Shown here in pieces: positions 61,346 to 64,000 of a stretch of 64,000 nt of DNA (its first letter is position 1; every line of letters begins with the position of its first letter). Source of the stretch: Phoronis australis (lineage: Eukaryota > Animalia > Phoronida); NCBI GenBank assembly GCA_002633005.1, contig NMRA01000004.1:1245793-1309792 (forward strand). Direction: 5' to 3'. A model generated the notes under the pieces. It was not told the DNA's origin and made no database searches. It saw only the letters and a program-made list of their open reading frames with translations. Made by a program: the position numbers and the translations under genes.

Positions 61346-63856
61346 TTAAGTATTTTTGTTATGTCTCTTAACGATCTTCCCTATTTTTGCTCTGTGGATT
61401 ATCAACAAATGCAAAGAGTTTAAGCGATTATATATTAAAATCGTTAACTAACAACTCTGCCGTGCAATTAATGAATTCTTCCTCAAGGGGTACTTCCAAG
61501 TTATTCGGATCCACACAGATTAAAAATATGTGAGGTTGGATGTGATTTCTGAGTTCGAAAGGACCAGAAACTTCGTTGTCACTTGTTTGTGGGCTCTGTA
61601 AGTTGGCTTGTCACGTCATATGATTTTATACGTTGAGCACGATCGCAAGTCAATTAAAGCGGCTATGAACCGGCATTCCGCCAAGAAGGAAATTTTTGAT
61701 TTAGACATCTTACCAATAAAACATTGGTCTCAGCTTGTTCCTTACTTAGATGCGAAGTGATTTTTGGGTGTGTCAAAAGATGAGAGCTTGTTATTCCTTC
61801 ATGCCATGCCCGGAACATAAAATGACACGTGACACGCCACGTACGTCACATAAAATGACACGTGACAGGTCAAAAGGGGGAGCCTGGTCTTTAGCAATAA
61901 CGAGATGTCAGTCCTTTCAAAGCCCAGTTCCTGAAGTCACGTGACATTTGACTGAGGAACAGTTTGAGATCAATATCATGGTCTATATCAACAGTTCTTG
62001 TTTTGTTGGACGGCGCGTTTATTGCCACTTCAACTAATTCTAGAATATTTCCAATCCCATTGTAACGTTAATTGGTTTAAGTAGAACGTTAGATTTTCTC
62101 GGAAGTTTTGGGATTTATACCAGGTTTAATATTCTTAACACGCATAATTTTGAAAGCTGCACCTCGTCCTATTAGCAGACTGAAAACAAAAATCGAGTTA
62201 GGTCTTTTAATCTCATAAAATCTGTCCCGTAACATTGCTTACCGTGTTAGGATGCTGTTCCCGCTGCCAGCAAGGGCATCAAAACCACCAACGACTGAAT
62301 CTATTGGGGCTGGCTGATCCTAAAATTGGGACTTGAGTTACTAGCGGAAATGGAATCCTATCAAGGTAAGGACTGATTCTATGAAAGTAACAGTCTAATA
62401 CGATTTTCGTTATTTCGACACCTACATGTAAATAAGGTGAAAGTTCAATAAAACCATCTAAATTCTGAACATTACTTGACGGATGTCCAAACAGTGGAAT
62501 GAAAACATCTTCTCTGATGGCATTCTCTCATTTGCCCTTTCCTCAGGGTGGCAATACGTCACCTTGACAACTACGTTGGCTGTTACACGCAGTAGGAGTG
62601 CAAGATCTGTATATCTACAGCCACTGCCAGCGTATCAACTTATGGGCACGTGACCTTCAGTTTTGACATGGGTGTGGTGATTCATTCCAAAGTTTTGCAT
62701 ATTAGGGCTCACTAAATTCACACGGACACGCATTGTTCTCCGTCTATGAAATCGAAACTTCTAAAATAACCCAAGATCATTAATATACTCATAAAATATT
62801 TATATAAGAAATCCTGTACTAATTGATTTGTTTTATTGAGTTAAAAGAACAAAATAGAATAGGCCTGAATTCATTACGATTTACCTGACCTCCGACCCAT
62901 ACAAATATGTACCAAGTTGACTGGTACGTGCATCAGTCAAACACTCACTAATATTCCGTCTCAGATTGACATAGCTTTTGATTTAAAGTTTACAAAGCCT
63001 TTCAAAAATTGAACACAGCTGGTCTTGAAGAAATCTCAACCTCCGGGTCATTTATATAGGTATGATGCAGTTAACTTTTTACTAAATCTGACTGGACCAG
63101 ACACTGGATAAGTTTATTATTTATAAATCAGGAAGTAGAAATGTTTTTCGAATCTTTAGAACCTTCCAAATCGAATCTGTGTTTTCAATTCAGAGGCAAA
63201 GAGAACTGCGAACATAATTTTACCCAATAGATCCTCCCACTCAATGTGTTTACCGATTGTGCAGCTAAACAGGATCATATTTAAAGAAGAATTACACAGT
63301 TTCAAAAACACGTGAGTTAAGGCACGTTTTCTTGCAAAATTCCAAGGAACGGCTGCAGGTCAATTACCACATAAACAAAACAACACGAGACACTTGGGAA
63401 TTGCACGTGAATGTAACACGCAATTATTCCATAAATGTGAGAAGAGGTATTGCTCATGATTGACTGTTAGCCTTATAGAAAATGATAATTAATCAACTAC
63501 CTGGTGCCTTATCCAAAATTCATGACTTTACGACGGGAGAGCTTGCAAACGGTATGTGATAATGTATTGGAAAACTCGTATAGAGCTACAACAGACTATT
63601 ATCTGAGAGAATGTAACGTGGGCATTACATAATTTAAAAGATTTTTTCACACATATTTGAGAAGGGAAGATTTCCTCGACGTCTATCGACCATCGTCTTC
63701 CTTTATTTCCTGATTAAACCAAAAGTAGCGTGATAATTTTTTACACTAGGAAAAAACGTCAAAATGGGTGAGCTCCATTTTAAATGTTGGATTATCTTCC
63801 TTCCAGGAAAATATTGTGCTACTGCCTTCCACAATTGGCGTGACTAGCTATTGGAA

Positions 63857-64000
63857 ATGAATGAATCTCTGGATTCGAAGGATGGTTCCACGCAAATCAA
63901 CGGAGAAATTTCCACAACGAACGAACCAAGGTCTTCAGCGAATACTGATAAGAGCACGTCTCCTTTGTGGATACCTTATGTTTGTCTGTCATTGTTTATA
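63857..64000 (+). CDS. Possible 5' end of a small single-pass membrane protein gene, truncated by the window edge
   Basis: Acceptor cttccttccag (exon from 63807) and an in-frame upstream TAG. Then MNESLDSKDGSTQINGEISTTNEPRSSANTDKSTSPLWIPYVCLSLFI is open to the end: N-glycosylation sequon, S/T-rich segment, hydrophobic start. Confidence 0.45.
   Translation, partial: MNESLDSKDGSTQINGEISTTNEPRSSANTDKSTSPLWIPYVCLSLFI

Noticed and set aside
61816-61866. 19-bp direct repeat CATAAAATGACACGTGACA with E-boxes
   Set aside because: Only two copies; probably a local duplication in a repeat remnant, with no supporting context.

Overview
AT-rich (my estimate is about 38% GC), intron-containing animal genomic DNA from a marine invertebrate bilaterian, most likely a lophotrochozoan; it is not prokaryotic, and most ORF-track entries are noise. 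There are two convergent host genes. The first is the last coding exon and a ~4.5 kb 3' UTR of a poly(rC)-binding protein (PCBP/mub)-like gene (+, 6597-~11480). The second is a neuropeptide F/Y precursor gene that I can reconstruct as four exons (-, ~30057-19920), with a TATA box and the diagnostic intron inside RPR/F. A possible third gene, a small membrane protein, starts at the right edge. The rest is a dense transposon landscape: a full-length decayed Mag-like Ty3/Gypsy element, a Penelope-like element with inverted pseudo-LTRs and variant hammerhead motifs, a THAP-Harbinger/ISL2EU fossil split by a hAT element with a 5-bp duplication, and IS3EU, Kolobok, Mutator-like, hAT and LINE remnants. 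I found no convincing wholly new system. The best leads are the 5-bp-TSD hAT family, the variant hammerheads, alternative C-termini of NPF and PCBP, and the PCBP-NPF linkage. All family calls are by-eye motif recognition; no searches were run.
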